Of a stretch of 62,954 bases of DNA, positions 51,463 to 60,885 are shown piece by piece. Position numbers and translations under genes: made by a program. The DNA lies in the IMG/VR virus record IMGVR_UViG_3300021093_000072, positions 1-62,954 of that record. One strand, given 5' to 3'. Position 1 is the stretch's first letter. Every line of letters begins with the position of its first letter. The notes below the pieces were generated by a model. That model saw only the letters and a list, made by a program, of their open reading frames with translations. It was not told where the DNA came from and ran no database searches. The DNA is from a virus. Lineage: Duplodnaviria > Caudoviricetes.

Positions 51463-52409
51463 AACTTATCCTGCCTCATGAGGCGGATTACCTCAGCAAG
51501 GGCGCAAGACGCATCCCTGTCGCAGCGACCAGGCTTGTCCTCAATGATCGCCTGAATAGTGTTCTGTGAATTTTCGGTAAGAAGTGCTCTGTTGTCTTTT
51601 AGCCATGTGCTGAGTGCCTCTTGGTGCTCGAGATTGTATTCCGACGACCCAGGATCAGCAATCTGAACCATTTGCCTACAGTCGTCATCGGCAAAGATAC
51701 TAACACTCTGCCTATTCCTTTGCTGATTGACCTCTCTAAAACTCTGGCATCTGATGGAGTTGTTGAGGGCGTTGACTGCGTATGTGGAGAACTTGAGGTT
51801 CCTATGTGGATCAAAAAGATCAATGCAGTCAAGCAACTTAAGACTGCTCTTGGCGAGGATGTCTTCCTCGTCGGATGTGACATAATGGGCGCACAACTTG
51901 TTATTCTTGCGCCACCAGTCAATCATGAGCGGATAGTTAAGGTAGTATAAATTTTCCCTGATGTATACCGCCCTGTGAAACAGCGTCCCACCCCAGTCAT
52001 CTTCAACGATCTCGACCCAGGTTTTGCCTTTCCCGTGCATAGAAATGAGTTCCCTGCGAGCACTTAGGGCAGCACCGAAAAACTCGTTCTCTTCTGCACG
52101 AGTCAGAACAACTGAATTCCTAACCCCTTGACTGTTGGAGGTGCAGCCTTCACTGCGCTTCCTGATCATGTTGTAGGCCCGTTCTAGCCTGATGGGACAA
52201 ACGACAAGAGAATTAACTGGCGTCTTGTCAACGAACCTCTGTCCGATTCCTGTTGGAGAGGCTAGAGCATGCCTCACCTTGGTTTCAATATCAAAGATCA
52301 ATAGAGCCTCCTTGCGATCGTTATTATTGACGCGAACTCCGTGCGCCATGTGTATCCTACCACTCCTATCTCGAGCATGCAAGACCCCTCTTGAAAGTTT
52401 CTGTGCCAA
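51447..52409 (-). CDS. Sigma-70 family RNA polymerase sigma factor
   Basis: LTRAEE (region 1.2-like) and LLDCIDLFDPHRNLKFSTYA (region 2). Confidence 0.75.
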   Translation of the reverse strand: MAQKLSRGVLHARDRSGRIHMAHGVRVNNNDRKEALLIFDIETKVRHALASPTGIGQRFVDKTPVNSLVVCPIRLERAYNMIRKRSEGCTSNSQGVRNSVVLTRAEENEFFGAALSARRELISMHGKGKTWVEIVEDDWGGTLFHRAVYIRENLYYLNYPLMIDWWRKNNKLCAHYVTSDEEDILAKSSLKLLDCIDLFDPHRNLKFSTYAVNALNNSIRCQSFREVNQQRNRQSVSIFADDDCRQMVQIADPGSSEYNLEHQEALSTWLKDNRALLTENSQNTIQAIIEDKPGRCDRDASCALAEVIRLMRQDKLCPVP

Positions 52410-52441
52410 TCATACGCTGCCTCGATGGCGTATACTTGGGC

Positions 52442-53962
52442 ATGAACCCAGAGGAAGCAGTCACGGTCAGCCACGAAGACGCAGAAGTCATTCTGAATCA
52501 ATGCTTTAAGTATGGCAGAAACGCTCTCATGGTGGGGGCTCACGGCACTGGCAAGACATCCCTGATACAGAAGGTGGCGTCCCATAATGGACTTGAACAG
52601 GGCTCGTCATTCGTCTACCTGAGTGGATCAACGCTCGACCCATGGGTGGATTTCGTTGGAGTTCCACGCCCAGAGGGCGACTACCTCAAGTTCTACCGGC
52701 CATCCTACATGGATCCAGATAAGGTGCAACTCTTGGTGATCGACGAGATCAACAGGAGTCAGGCGAAGGTTCGCAACGCCTGCATGGAGCTTGCACAGTT
52801 TAAAACTGTCAACGGAGTCCACTTCCCAAAACTGAAAGCAGTATGGGCATGTGCCAATCCAGCTGACCAGGATTCTGGGTACACGGACACAGAGTCCATC
52901 GATGTTGCTCTAGCAGACAGGTTTCACACAATCATGAGATTACCGATTGAGCCTAGCAAGGCGCATTTCGTTTCACGATTCGGCGATGAAATTGGATTGG
53001 CGGCAATAGAATGGTGGAGATTTATGTCTTCAGAATCCAAAAAGAAGGTGAGCCCTAGAAGACTAGAGTATGCCATCGATCTCTATATGGTAGGGATGCC
53101 CCCCGAGGTAGGCATGCCTGGTGTCATGGAGTCAACATACCTCAAGGACTTCTTGAGTGGAGATGACCCATTGCGTAAAATACACAACTACCTGTCCAAA
53201 GGAGACATTGTATCACTTGCTGAATTGGTGATGAGCCATGCCGCCATGCCAGCCCTCCAGAAGATAGCGGAGCATGACAAGAAGACCATGCTCTCGGTCA
53301 TCGATGCTCTGCCTGCAGAGCATTGCGTGTCTTCGGCCATTCGTCATGATCAATTCAGGAAGGAAATCGGAGTACTTTACGCAGAGTGGTGGGCGAACGA
53401 GAAGAGGCATGAGATACCGGCATCGCCAACCCTTAAGGTGGTGCACAGCCTAGCAAGTTTGACAAAATCAGAAGTTCACCAGTGGGCTCAAGCGCTCGTG
53501 AATAACTCCGAGCCAGGGGCTTCAATACCCATGTGCAAGAGCATGAACGCAGATCAGTTTGGGGTTGCATTCAGGCAGAGGTATTGCTGTCCTGCAGCAA
53601 ATTATTCTGTCACATCCTACAACATTAAGCCATGGTGTGAAGAACTGTCAACCGAGTTGAGGGCATCTTTCAAAAAGATTGAATCTGAAGCCCGAAAGGC
53701 CGAAAAAGAAGAATCTGAAAACGGCTTCCCAACTGACCTTGCAGAAATACTCGAAGATAACCCTAGCATAATCGTGGAAAATGCCAAATATCTGCGGCGA
53801 AGCTTGACCCGATGGGTCATTCCAATTTTGGAAAGGGAAGGCTCATGCGGCATGATCAAACTCCGAGACACTCGTGTTTTCAGAAATCCTAAGATGAAGA
53901 TTGGAATTGGAACCACAGTCAACTATAATCTTTGCACGGACACGGGGAATGTCCCATTCTGA
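52442..53962 (+). CDS. MoxR-like AAA+ ATPase
   Basis: GAHGTGKT, DFVGVP, VIDEINR, ACANP, D.ALADRF, SPRRL. Confidence 0.88.
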   Translation: MNPEEAVTVSHEDAEVILNQCFKYGRNALMVGAHGTGKTSLIQKVASHNGLEQGSSFVYLSGSTLDPWVDFVGVPRPEGDYLKFYRPSYMDPDKVQLLVIDEINRSQAKVRNACMELAQFKTVNGVHFPKLKAVWACANPADQDSGYTDTESIDVALADRFHTIMRLPIEPSKAHFVSRFGDEIGLAAIEWWRFMSSESKKKVSPRRLEYAIDLYMVGMPPEVGMPGVMESTYLKDFLSGDDPLRKIHNYLSKGDIVSLAELVMSHAAMPALQKIAEHDKKTMLSVIDALPAEHCVSSAIRHDQFRKEIGVLYAEWWANEKRHEIPASPTLKVVHSLASLTKSEVHQWAQALVNNSEPGASIPMCKSMNADQFGVAFRQRYCCPAANYSVTSYNIKPWCEELSTELRASFKKIESEARKAEKEESENGFPTDLAEILEDNPSIIVENAKYLRRSLTRWVIPILEREGSCGMIKLRDTRVFRNPKMKIGIGTTVNYNLCTDTGNVPF

Positions 53963-55088
53963 ATCCATAGAAGATTTTGCCAACGCGCTTGCCATCCTCG
54001 AACTAAAATCGTCTGGTCTTGCTGCCATATGTCGCCACCTGCCGAAGTTTGCTGATGAAAGAATAAAGACAGCCTGTGTGATGATGGATGGAGATAGGTT
54101 GTCGTTACATATATGCCCCAAATTCTGGAAGGATCTAGATGTCGAGGGCAAGGCTTTCGTCTTGGCGCATGAGGCAATACATGTTGCCTTCTGCCACATG
54201 GCACGCGGCAAACATTTTCACCAGTCAGTCATGAATGTGGCAGCAGACGCAGTCACCAATAGCATGATCAAAGACATTTATAATATTTCACCCCCAAGTA
54301 ATCTTGCTGACAAAATAATTACCGGAGAATTAGTTGACGCATGTTGGGATGATTCTATGGAATCGATTATAGCAAAATTGACCACCAACATCTGCACATA
54401 CATCTTAAGTAACAACCCTTGGGCATCTGACCACCATTATTACGAGTTAGATGACATGTCTCTAGCCGTGGAAAAGTTGATTCGGTCACTACCAGAGAAT
54501 GCCCGCAAGGATCTCAAGTGGACGAGTGGCGGGACGATAGCCGAGACCCGCATCCTGCGGCACAAAAGTATGACAGCAGCCAAAAAGTTGCTGGACTATC
54601 TTCGCAGTGGCAGGCATGGCGTGGGAGAGCGACAGACATATTCATGGACCAAGGAGCCTCGCAGGTCATCTGACAATCTGCTCATACCATTCCAAGAAGA
54701 CTCCAAAAACAAGTCAAAGTGCAGGATCAACATGTACCTTGACAGTTCGAGAAGCATGGACTTCTTGGAAGAACAACTATTGGGTTGTGGCAGGGAGCTT
54801 CAGCGACGACGGGTGGAATGTAATCTTTTCTGGTTCGACACAGCAGTCTACAAGACCGCCACAAGGAGAACAATATATATTGGCGGCGGAGGAACCAATT
54901 TTGAAGTCGTCGTGAAGCACGCAGAAGAGCAGAAAAATATTGACCTCAACTTGGTGATAACCGACGGCATAGCGGCTTCTGTGAGGGTAAAAAACCCCTC
55001 CGAATGGCTATGGCTCATCACGAATGGAGGCTCAGGAGCGGCATTGAGGGGAATGCCGCAGAAACCCGTCAGTTGGGCCTTTCACTAG
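53949..55088 (+). CDS. DUF2201-like metallopeptidase + VWA protein (MoxR partner)
   Basis: LAHEAIH, N.AAD...N, DSSRSM (MIDAS), FDT, GGGGTNF, ITDG. Confidence 0.85.
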   Translation: MSHSESIEDFANALAILELKSSGLAAICRHLPKFADERIKTACVMMDGDRLSLHICPKFWKDLDVEGKAFVLAHEAIHVAFCHMARGKHFHQSVMNVAADAVTNSMIKDIYNISPPSNLADKIITGELVDACWDDSMESIIAKLTTNICTYILSNNPWASDHHYYELDDMSLAVEKLIRSLPENARKDLKWTSGGTIAETRILRHKSMTAAKKLLDYLRSGRHGVGERQTYSWTKEPRRSSDNLLIPFQEDSKNKSKCRINMYLDSSRSMDFLEEQLLGCGRELQRRRVECNLFWFDTAVYKTATRRTIYIGGGGTNFEVVVKHAEEQKNIDLNLVITDGIAASVRVKNPSEWLWLITNGGSGAALRGMPQKPVSWAFH

Positions 55089-55452
55089 AAAGTCGTTTCT
55101 GCCCGTCTTTTTCAAGCACAAGCTCGACACGAGTTCTAAGTTCCGTAAATTTCAACTCCATATCCCTCAAACGAACCGAAATCTCCATCAGGAGGACTTT
55201 GTTAGCCTCCGAGGAGTCACTGACCTGTTTGGAGATCTCACCGTCCTTTGACTTCAGAGAGGCTATCTCGCCCTCTATGAAGCTAAGGCGCGTGTTGACT
55301 ACCTGCTGGGTTGTCCAAATGGTTGCCACAAAAACTCCTACCGTTATTATAATTGACCATATATTTTTTCCAGCCTGTGTGGCATGATTTATTGTTCCGA
55401 CCATTTCTGAAATATTCTCCCCGGACTGAACCCTAGAATTTTTTTTGGTCAT
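55069..55452 (-). CDS. Single-TM coiled-coil protein
   Basis: IWSIIITVGVFVATIW followed by heptad repeats. Confidence 0.6.
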   Translation of the reverse strand: MTKKNSRVQSGENISEMVGTINHATQAGKNIWSIIITVGVFVATIWTTQQVVNTRLSFIEGEIASLKSKDGEISKQVSDSSEANKVLLMEISVRLRDMELKFTELRTRVELVLEKDGQKRLSSERPN

Positions 55453-55477
55453 GATGAGTTTTACACCACAGTCTCAG

Positions 55478-55774
55478 CTAATCCTTTGATTTTTTAAATT
55501 TTCTGTATCCAAGTCTCCAGAGTGCATGTGAAATGTCTGTGGCAGCTTCTTCGATGGCTGTTTCGTCCATATCCCAAAAGCATGCATGAAGGAATTCATG
55601 TATCCAAACTTCGAGTTCTTCCTCATCGCTCAACTTGCTGTCAAGACATATTCTTTTATTAGGTTGACCTATGTCTGTACAATACCCACGAGTGTCCTTT
55701 GATATGGATCCAGACTTGGTCAATTTATAAACCTTGCCACGAAGATTTACTGACCTAACCTTCTTCTTGCTCAT
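55478..55774 (-). CDS. Small HExxH metallopeptidase-like phage protein
   Basis: WIHEFLHA...E. Confidence 0.65.
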   Translation of the reverse strand: MSKKKVRSVNLRGKVYKLTKSGSISKDTRGYCTDIGQPNKRICLDSKLSDEEELEVWIHEFLHACFWDMDETAIEEAATDISHALWRLGYRKFKKSKD

Positions 55775-55782
55775 TTTCTGCC

Positions 55783-58700
55783 TCACGAAGAACAAGTTGG
55801 GATCATCAATTTTCCGCTACATATGGATCCGCACCCTCCAAGGATGACGCCTCCAGTGTTGCAGCCACCACTATTTTCGCCATTACATAACTGGCACCTG
55901 GTGATGTCAGAGAAGCACATGGCGACAAGATCATGCGACTTGGAGCAGGAAACCACCCTGACTGTGTCGCTGCACACCATCCTCTCGTGCACTGACCCTG
56001 AAGCCAAGTCATATTCATAGGTTTTGTCGACGCCGCCAAATCCAAGCAAGAACCTCCCCTGCAGGCCACTGCCACATGCTTCACCGTCATGGGAAATCTT
56101 AGAAATATGTTTCAGGGCAGATCTGACCACTGGATCTGGTCCAACCATACCTATGGGTGCAACCATCACATCCTTCATACCGTCGATGTCTTGAGCATCT
56201 GAGATCCACACGCCAACACACGAAGCCCCGTCTCGTGCCCCAAGCAACTTCCAAGTCCCGCCAGAGCTACCAGCAAAAACAGAGCCGACTCCAAGTGGGT
56301 CGTCTCTCAAATTGCCAAGGTGCAAGACTCCGTCGCCTCGTGACGCAAGAACATGAACTGACCCGTCTCCCATGACCATGCAGACAACTGAATCGGGTGA
56401 CTCATCTGGAGTGGTCGACCAAACCTCTACAAATTGCCCTTGGCTATTGGAAAGCAGTATCGCTGACTGTTCTTCATTGACAAGGAGCAGCATCTCCATG
56501 CGCAAAGAGTTGAACACTGGAACATATGAGGTGATAGAACCCGAATTGGGAGAAAACGACATGTTCAGAGAGAAAGATTCTCCATCAAAACCAAAGCACA
56601 TGATCGTGCTGCCATCCGCAGACACAACAGGAACAACAGTCACGCCAGAAATTTCACACGGCTCATGGAACGAATGGTTGCCTGAAGGAGATTCTCCGAC
56701 ATACAATATGGAAGCTGGCGTTGTTGCGATCTGGTCTGTCTTGCGAGCTACTAGGTATATGCCCCTGACGCCATCTGCCTCCACGGCAATTGCCTGGAAA
56801 ACGGTTCCATTGTCCACAGACAGCCCAGACCAGAACACCTGCGAACCGAATGCGTCTAGGTGACAGCAGGGGACTGCACCGAAGTTTTCATACAGGATAA
56901 AGTGCTCGCGATCACCTGTGGAGCAGTTTTCTCTTGCACTGATAGAGCAGTTAATACACTCCGATTGGCACTCCGATGATGACCTACTCTCCACCAGCCC
57001 CCTCGCCGATTTGGGCAAGGATGCAAGATCGCATTTCGAAACAGCTTCACCGTTGAACTTGAAGAATTTCGTATAACCCGCTGTTCCAGAAATCCTGTTG
57101 ATTTGTGACATGTTCTGCTGGCTGACCTGAGACATATTGATGGTAAACCCATGCTCAGTCGTGTCAATATCTTTGCCTGCAGAGGTGCCCACATGGCATA
57201 TTATTCCATTTGCAACCACTGCAGTAGCGACATCAAGTTGCAGGAAAACAGAGATTGTCGGATCATCCGTGACCAGCACTGAACCAGCAGCAACGCCACG
57301 ACCATCAGACATCACCAATATGTTATCCTGCTTGATCATGGATGCAGATACAAACGCAAGCCTCTCATCCTTCCTTTGCACCAGGATGGGATGCTCTGGG
57401 CTGACGACTATAGACCCGCCAACCGTTGCCCTACCCTTCTCATAGCCAAGGGAAACCTGGGTCACGGAGGCATTGACCTTGCTAAACGACATTGGTGGAG
57501 CAGACCAGCCAGAAAGCAAATCAGTGAATGTGGGAGAAGATGAACCCCCTCCGCCAAAAACAACCCCTGCTACAACGTCCCCGTGAGCCAACTCCTCAAC
57601 CAGTCTCGTCGTGCCATCCCACATCAAGATGCGGGTGCCAACCGCAAAGCAGAGCATGCAGCATGTATTGCAGGACGGGGGACATAATGGATCTCCCGAA
57701 ACCCCGCAGCCGTCTGAAGAGTGTGCGCAAGACCTAATCACTGGTCTCCAGAAGTAGTGAGTGACACCGTCAATGTTGCACTGCCTCTCTAAAGACCATT
57801 CTGCACAGCCCATGTCTGCAGCATTAGAGAAGTTCGGTCGAAAATCAACCTGGCAAATCGTTTCGCCACCAGCGCAACAACTTTCAGCATAGGCAAGCTC
57901 CCTCCCGTCGCGACTGTGGACAACACCAGCGGTTGCTGGTGGCGGAGTTACGGAGGTTGTCACTGCATAGGAACATCTAAACCATGGATCTTCTGACATG
58001 TCAGCACAAGACGCCATGGTTAATTGCCGTGTGCAACTCGATATATCTGGAGAGAATTCAATATCATATTGAGTGGCGGTGGCATTTTGGCTTGAGTCAC
58101 ATCCCGCAAAAATGAACACTCTAATTAATTTGAACCACTCATCTTCAGTGTTGTCGATTTCAACATGATTTTCGGTGATGGTCAGAACCACTTTTTTCTG
58201 TTGCGTCTGGGCGACACAACCTGTGTCATGAATGATGGAGTTTTCTGGTGCAGAAATTTCGTCATTCCCCAAGAATGGGTGAGGTGGGGTGTTAAATGGT
58301 CTCTGTGCTAGATAAAATTCAGAAGGAGTCTCGGGGCATGCATCTTCACCTTCCACTAACTCACCGTAGTCGGGGAAGGGGTGAGAGCGAAGCAGATTGG
58401 TCTCATCTTGGTCTTGCCCCTTAGAGGCAAGCACCATGATCCTATCCCGTAATGAGTAAGTCACGTAACTCATGCAGATGCTCAGTGCTCGTTCCCCCGG
58501 ATCACCCAAAAACTCTAATCCATCTAAACTGAGCGCATAAACCCTCAAACATGCGCCTGATGTGGATATGCTGCTGCTGCCGCTACCAGAGCATTGACCT
58601 TGCGCATTGCACATAGATAATGGTTGGCCAGTATATGGAGGGGGTTGACCCGGGACCCCAGGAGGGCCTGATTGGCCGCTACCAGTAGGAGTAGAACAAG

Positions 58701-60885
58701 GACATGGTACACCGCCACCGCCACCGGTTGAGCTTGAAGAAGAGTCACTAGACGAGCTGCTGGATGACGAAGAGTCACCAGACGAGCTGCTGGATGACGA
58801 AGAGTCACTAGACGAGCTGCTGCTGGAGCTACTTCCATCAGGGCAGTTGGACCCCTCGCACTCACAGAAATCGCAGTTGCATCCCACACATGATATATTG
58901 AGGGAGAAGAAACGGCTAGCAGATTCTCCCCACAACCCTTCGCAGTTGGGATATATCACCACCCTCAATTTGTATGCCCATGGATCCTCATCGTCCGTGA
59001 TGACCATGTTCTCATCAATGTAGAGACATGTCTTCATGCTGACAGATGAATCGAGCCAGTACCATTGTCCCGAAGCTTGATTATAGAATGTGTTGACACA
59101 ACCTGTTTCTATGATCACCTCTTGAGCAGCAAGCATTTGTGCACAGCCACCAATTGGTGGCTGGCTGGAAGAACTGGAAGAACTGGAAGAACTGGAAGAA
59201 CTAGAAGAACTAGAAGAACTAGAAGAACTGGAAGAACTGGAAGAACTGGAAGAACTAGATGGACCAGATGTGGTGGATGACGACTGACCAGATGTGGTTG
59301 ATGACGACGAACCAGATGTGGTTGATGATCCTGAAGTCGTTGAGCTTGATGGTTCTTGGCAGCATTCAGGTCTGGCCTCACAGTTCGTGCAGCCTGAAGT
59401 GCATGGGCAATCTGGTCTGCATGGGTCAACACCGGTGGCGTTGCACAAACCGCCTGCGTCACATTCTGGATCGTCACAGCACCACGGGTCAAAGAAGCAA
59501 GGACTATCTGGGTTGCAGCATTCAGGACAAAGGCAGCACAACGAATTGGGGAACAAATCGCAAGGGTCTACCCCACCACCACACAAATCTGGGTGGTCGC
59601 AGCAAGGGTCATACGTGGGCGAATCGGGATCGCTGAACGACGAGCAAAAGCAGCGTGCTCTTCTCGAGTCGCAGCCTGCTCCCCTCAAAGCTGCCAGACA
59701 AGCACTACTGCAAGGGTCACCGTTTGGAGGGTTGCATGCGTCAGGCGGGAAACACTGTGCACAAGCACAATCATCACAACTTGTGCAATCAAGGTCGGGT
59801 GGTGGATTATCTCCGCAACATTCGCAGGGGCAAATGGCACTCGGGCCTGGTCCGCCCATCAGGAATGCAGGAACATCTCCTTTAGGATGCTCGACAGGAG
59901 CGAATCTTCCGTTCAGGGCTGTCTGAATATAAAGGGATTGATTTCTATATATGGAATCTCCGGGAGAAGAATTTGTGAATGTGAATGTGTTTGGAGAATC
60001 GGGTATATCAACTTCGCCGAACCCGCACAGCGGTAGCTTGCCTCCTGGGGTCTTCGTCTTGTATATGACGGCCCGAGACCTGCCTGCTGTTGCCGCCCAA
60101 TCTATGCACAACCTGCCGTATCGCTTACCACCTGAAGTTTGGCAGGTGAGAGCCCCCCTGATGTCCATGATGATGTCAACTGGGCGGTTTGGGACAGGCT
60201 GAGTCAGCTGTAGACTGGTAAAGCTCATGCTGAAATCACAATTACCTACTCCTGACGAGCACTGCGAGAAGGGTATCTGAATGCTCATCTTCGGGTGTAT
60301 AAACCTCATCAGGTTGATCAGCTTGAAGAAGGAGTTCCCCCACCTACCAACGGCACCCGCATATGCACGCATGCTGATATATCCATCGTCAGCAAAGTTT
60401 GGAGGATTCAGCAGTCTGTCGGCATCGGCCTGATCGTAGAGGCCACCCGCAATGAGGCTAGGAAAGTTGCCAAGCCAGTCATCTGTGGCAACAGCATCGG
60501 CATTGAAAGACGATGGAACCCTGAAGAATCCTGCGGATGACCCCCCGCTGCCATTGCATGGGATCTTACCATGACTTTCAAACAATCCACTGCTGTGGCC
60601 TGGCAGAAGTTGCAAGGCGCAGTCTCTGCAGTTTTCCATGACTTCCAACATGGCCCCAACGGAATCAGGGGTGATTTCAATGAGAGGTATGAATTCAGAA
60701 GACGGGTCATCCACAGATTGGAGATATCCAAGCCTGACTGCCTCCCTACGCAGCCTGATTTGCTCTCTGCAGTATAAAAGCAACTCCTTGATACCTTCTG
60801 CGCCCAAGCTGCTAGGGTCAAACTCGTTTTGAGTTTTTATAGATAGCTGGTAGCCAGTAGGATCAAATGGGTTGCCTGCGCTCAT
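55783..60885 (-). CDS. 1700-aa Cys-rich, poly-Ser protein with an internal Hint domain
   Basis: Hint CFAVGT...SPEHP...ANGIICHV at 57190-57651; dense CC/CxxC region; Ser tracts. Confidence 0.85.
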   Translation of the reverse strand: MSAGNPFDPTGYQLSIKTQNEFDPSSLGAEGIKELLLYCREQIRLRREAVRLGYLQSVDDPSSEFIPLIEITPDSVGAMLEVMENCRDCALQLLPGHSSGLFESHGKIPCNGSGGSSAGFFRVPSSFNADAVATDDWLGNFPSLIAGGLYDQADADRLLNPPNFADDGYISMRAYAGAVGRWGNSFFKLINLMRFIHPKMSIQIPFSQCSSGVGNCDFSMSFTSLQLTQPVPNRPVDIIMDIRGALTCQTSGGKRYGRLCIDWAATAGRSRAVIYKTKTPGGKLPLCGFGEVDIPDSPNTFTFTNSSPGDSIYRNQSLYIQTALNGRFAPVEHPKGDVPAFLMGGPGPSAICPCECCGDNPPPDLDCTSCDDCACAQCFPPDACNPPNGDPCSSACLAALRGAGCDSRRARCFCSSFSDPDSPTYDPCCDHPDLCGGGVDPCDLFPNSLCCLCPECCNPDSPCFFDPWCCDDPECDAGGLCNATGVDPCRPDCPCTSGCTNCEARPECCQEPSSSTTSGSSTTSGSSSSTTSGQSSSTTSGPSSSSSSSSSSSSSSSSSSSSSSSSSSSSSSSSQPPIGGCAQMLAAQEVIIETGCVNTFYNQASGQWYWLDSSVSMKTCLYIDENMVITDDEDPWAYKLRVVIYPNCEGLWGESASRFFSLNISCVGCNCDFCECEGSNCPDGSSSSSSSSSDSSSSSSSSGDSSSSSSSSSDSSSSSTGGGGGVPCPCSTPTGSGQSGPPGVPGQPPPYTGQPLSMCNAQGQCSGSGSSSISTSGACLRVYALSLDGLEFLGDPGERALSICMSYVTYSLRDRIMVLASKGQDQDETNLLRSHPFPDYGELVEGEDACPETPSEFYLAQRPFNTPPHPFLGNDEISAPENSIIHDTGCVAQTQQKKVVLTITENHVEIDNTEDEWFKLIRVFIFAGCDSSQNATATQYDIEFSPDISSCTRQLTMASCADMSEDPWFRCSYAVTTSVTPPPATAGVVHSRDGRELAYAESCCAGGETICQVDFRPNFSNAADMGCAEWSLERQCNIDGVTHYFWRPVIRSCAHSSDGCGVSGDPLCPPSCNTCCMLCFAVGTRILMWDGTTRLVEELAHGDVVAGVVFGGGGSSSPTFTDLLSGWSAPPMSFSKVNASVTQVSLGYEKGRATVGGSIVVSPEHPILVQRKDERLAFVSASMIKQDNILVMSDGRGVAAGSVLVTDDPTISVFLQLDVATAVVANGIICHVGTSAGKDIDTTEHGFTINMSQVSQQNMSQINRISGTAGYTKFFKFNGEAVSKCDLASLPKSARGLVESRSSSECQSECINCSISARENCSTGDREHFILYENFGAVPCCHLDAFGSQVFWSGLSVDNGTVFQAIAVEADGVRGIYLVARKTDQIATTPASILYVGESPSGNHSFHEPCEISGVTVVPVVSADGSTIMCFGFDGESFSLNMSFSPNSGSITSYVPVFNSLRMEMLLLVNEEQSAILLSNSQGQFVEVWSTTPDESPDSVVCMVMGDGSVHVLASRGDGVLHLGNLRDDPLGVGSVFAGSSGGTWKLLGARDGASCVGVWISDAQDIDGMKDVMVAPIGMVGPDPVVRSALKHISKISHDGEACGSGLQGRFLLGFGGVDKTYEYDLASGSVHERMVCSDTVRVVSCSKSHDLVAMCFSDITRCQLCNGENSGGCNTGGVILGGCGSICSGKLMIPTCSS

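Noticed and set aside
58730-59350. Short tandem DNA repeats as non-coding elements
   Set aside because: They are Ser/Thr codon runs within the 1700-aa ORF
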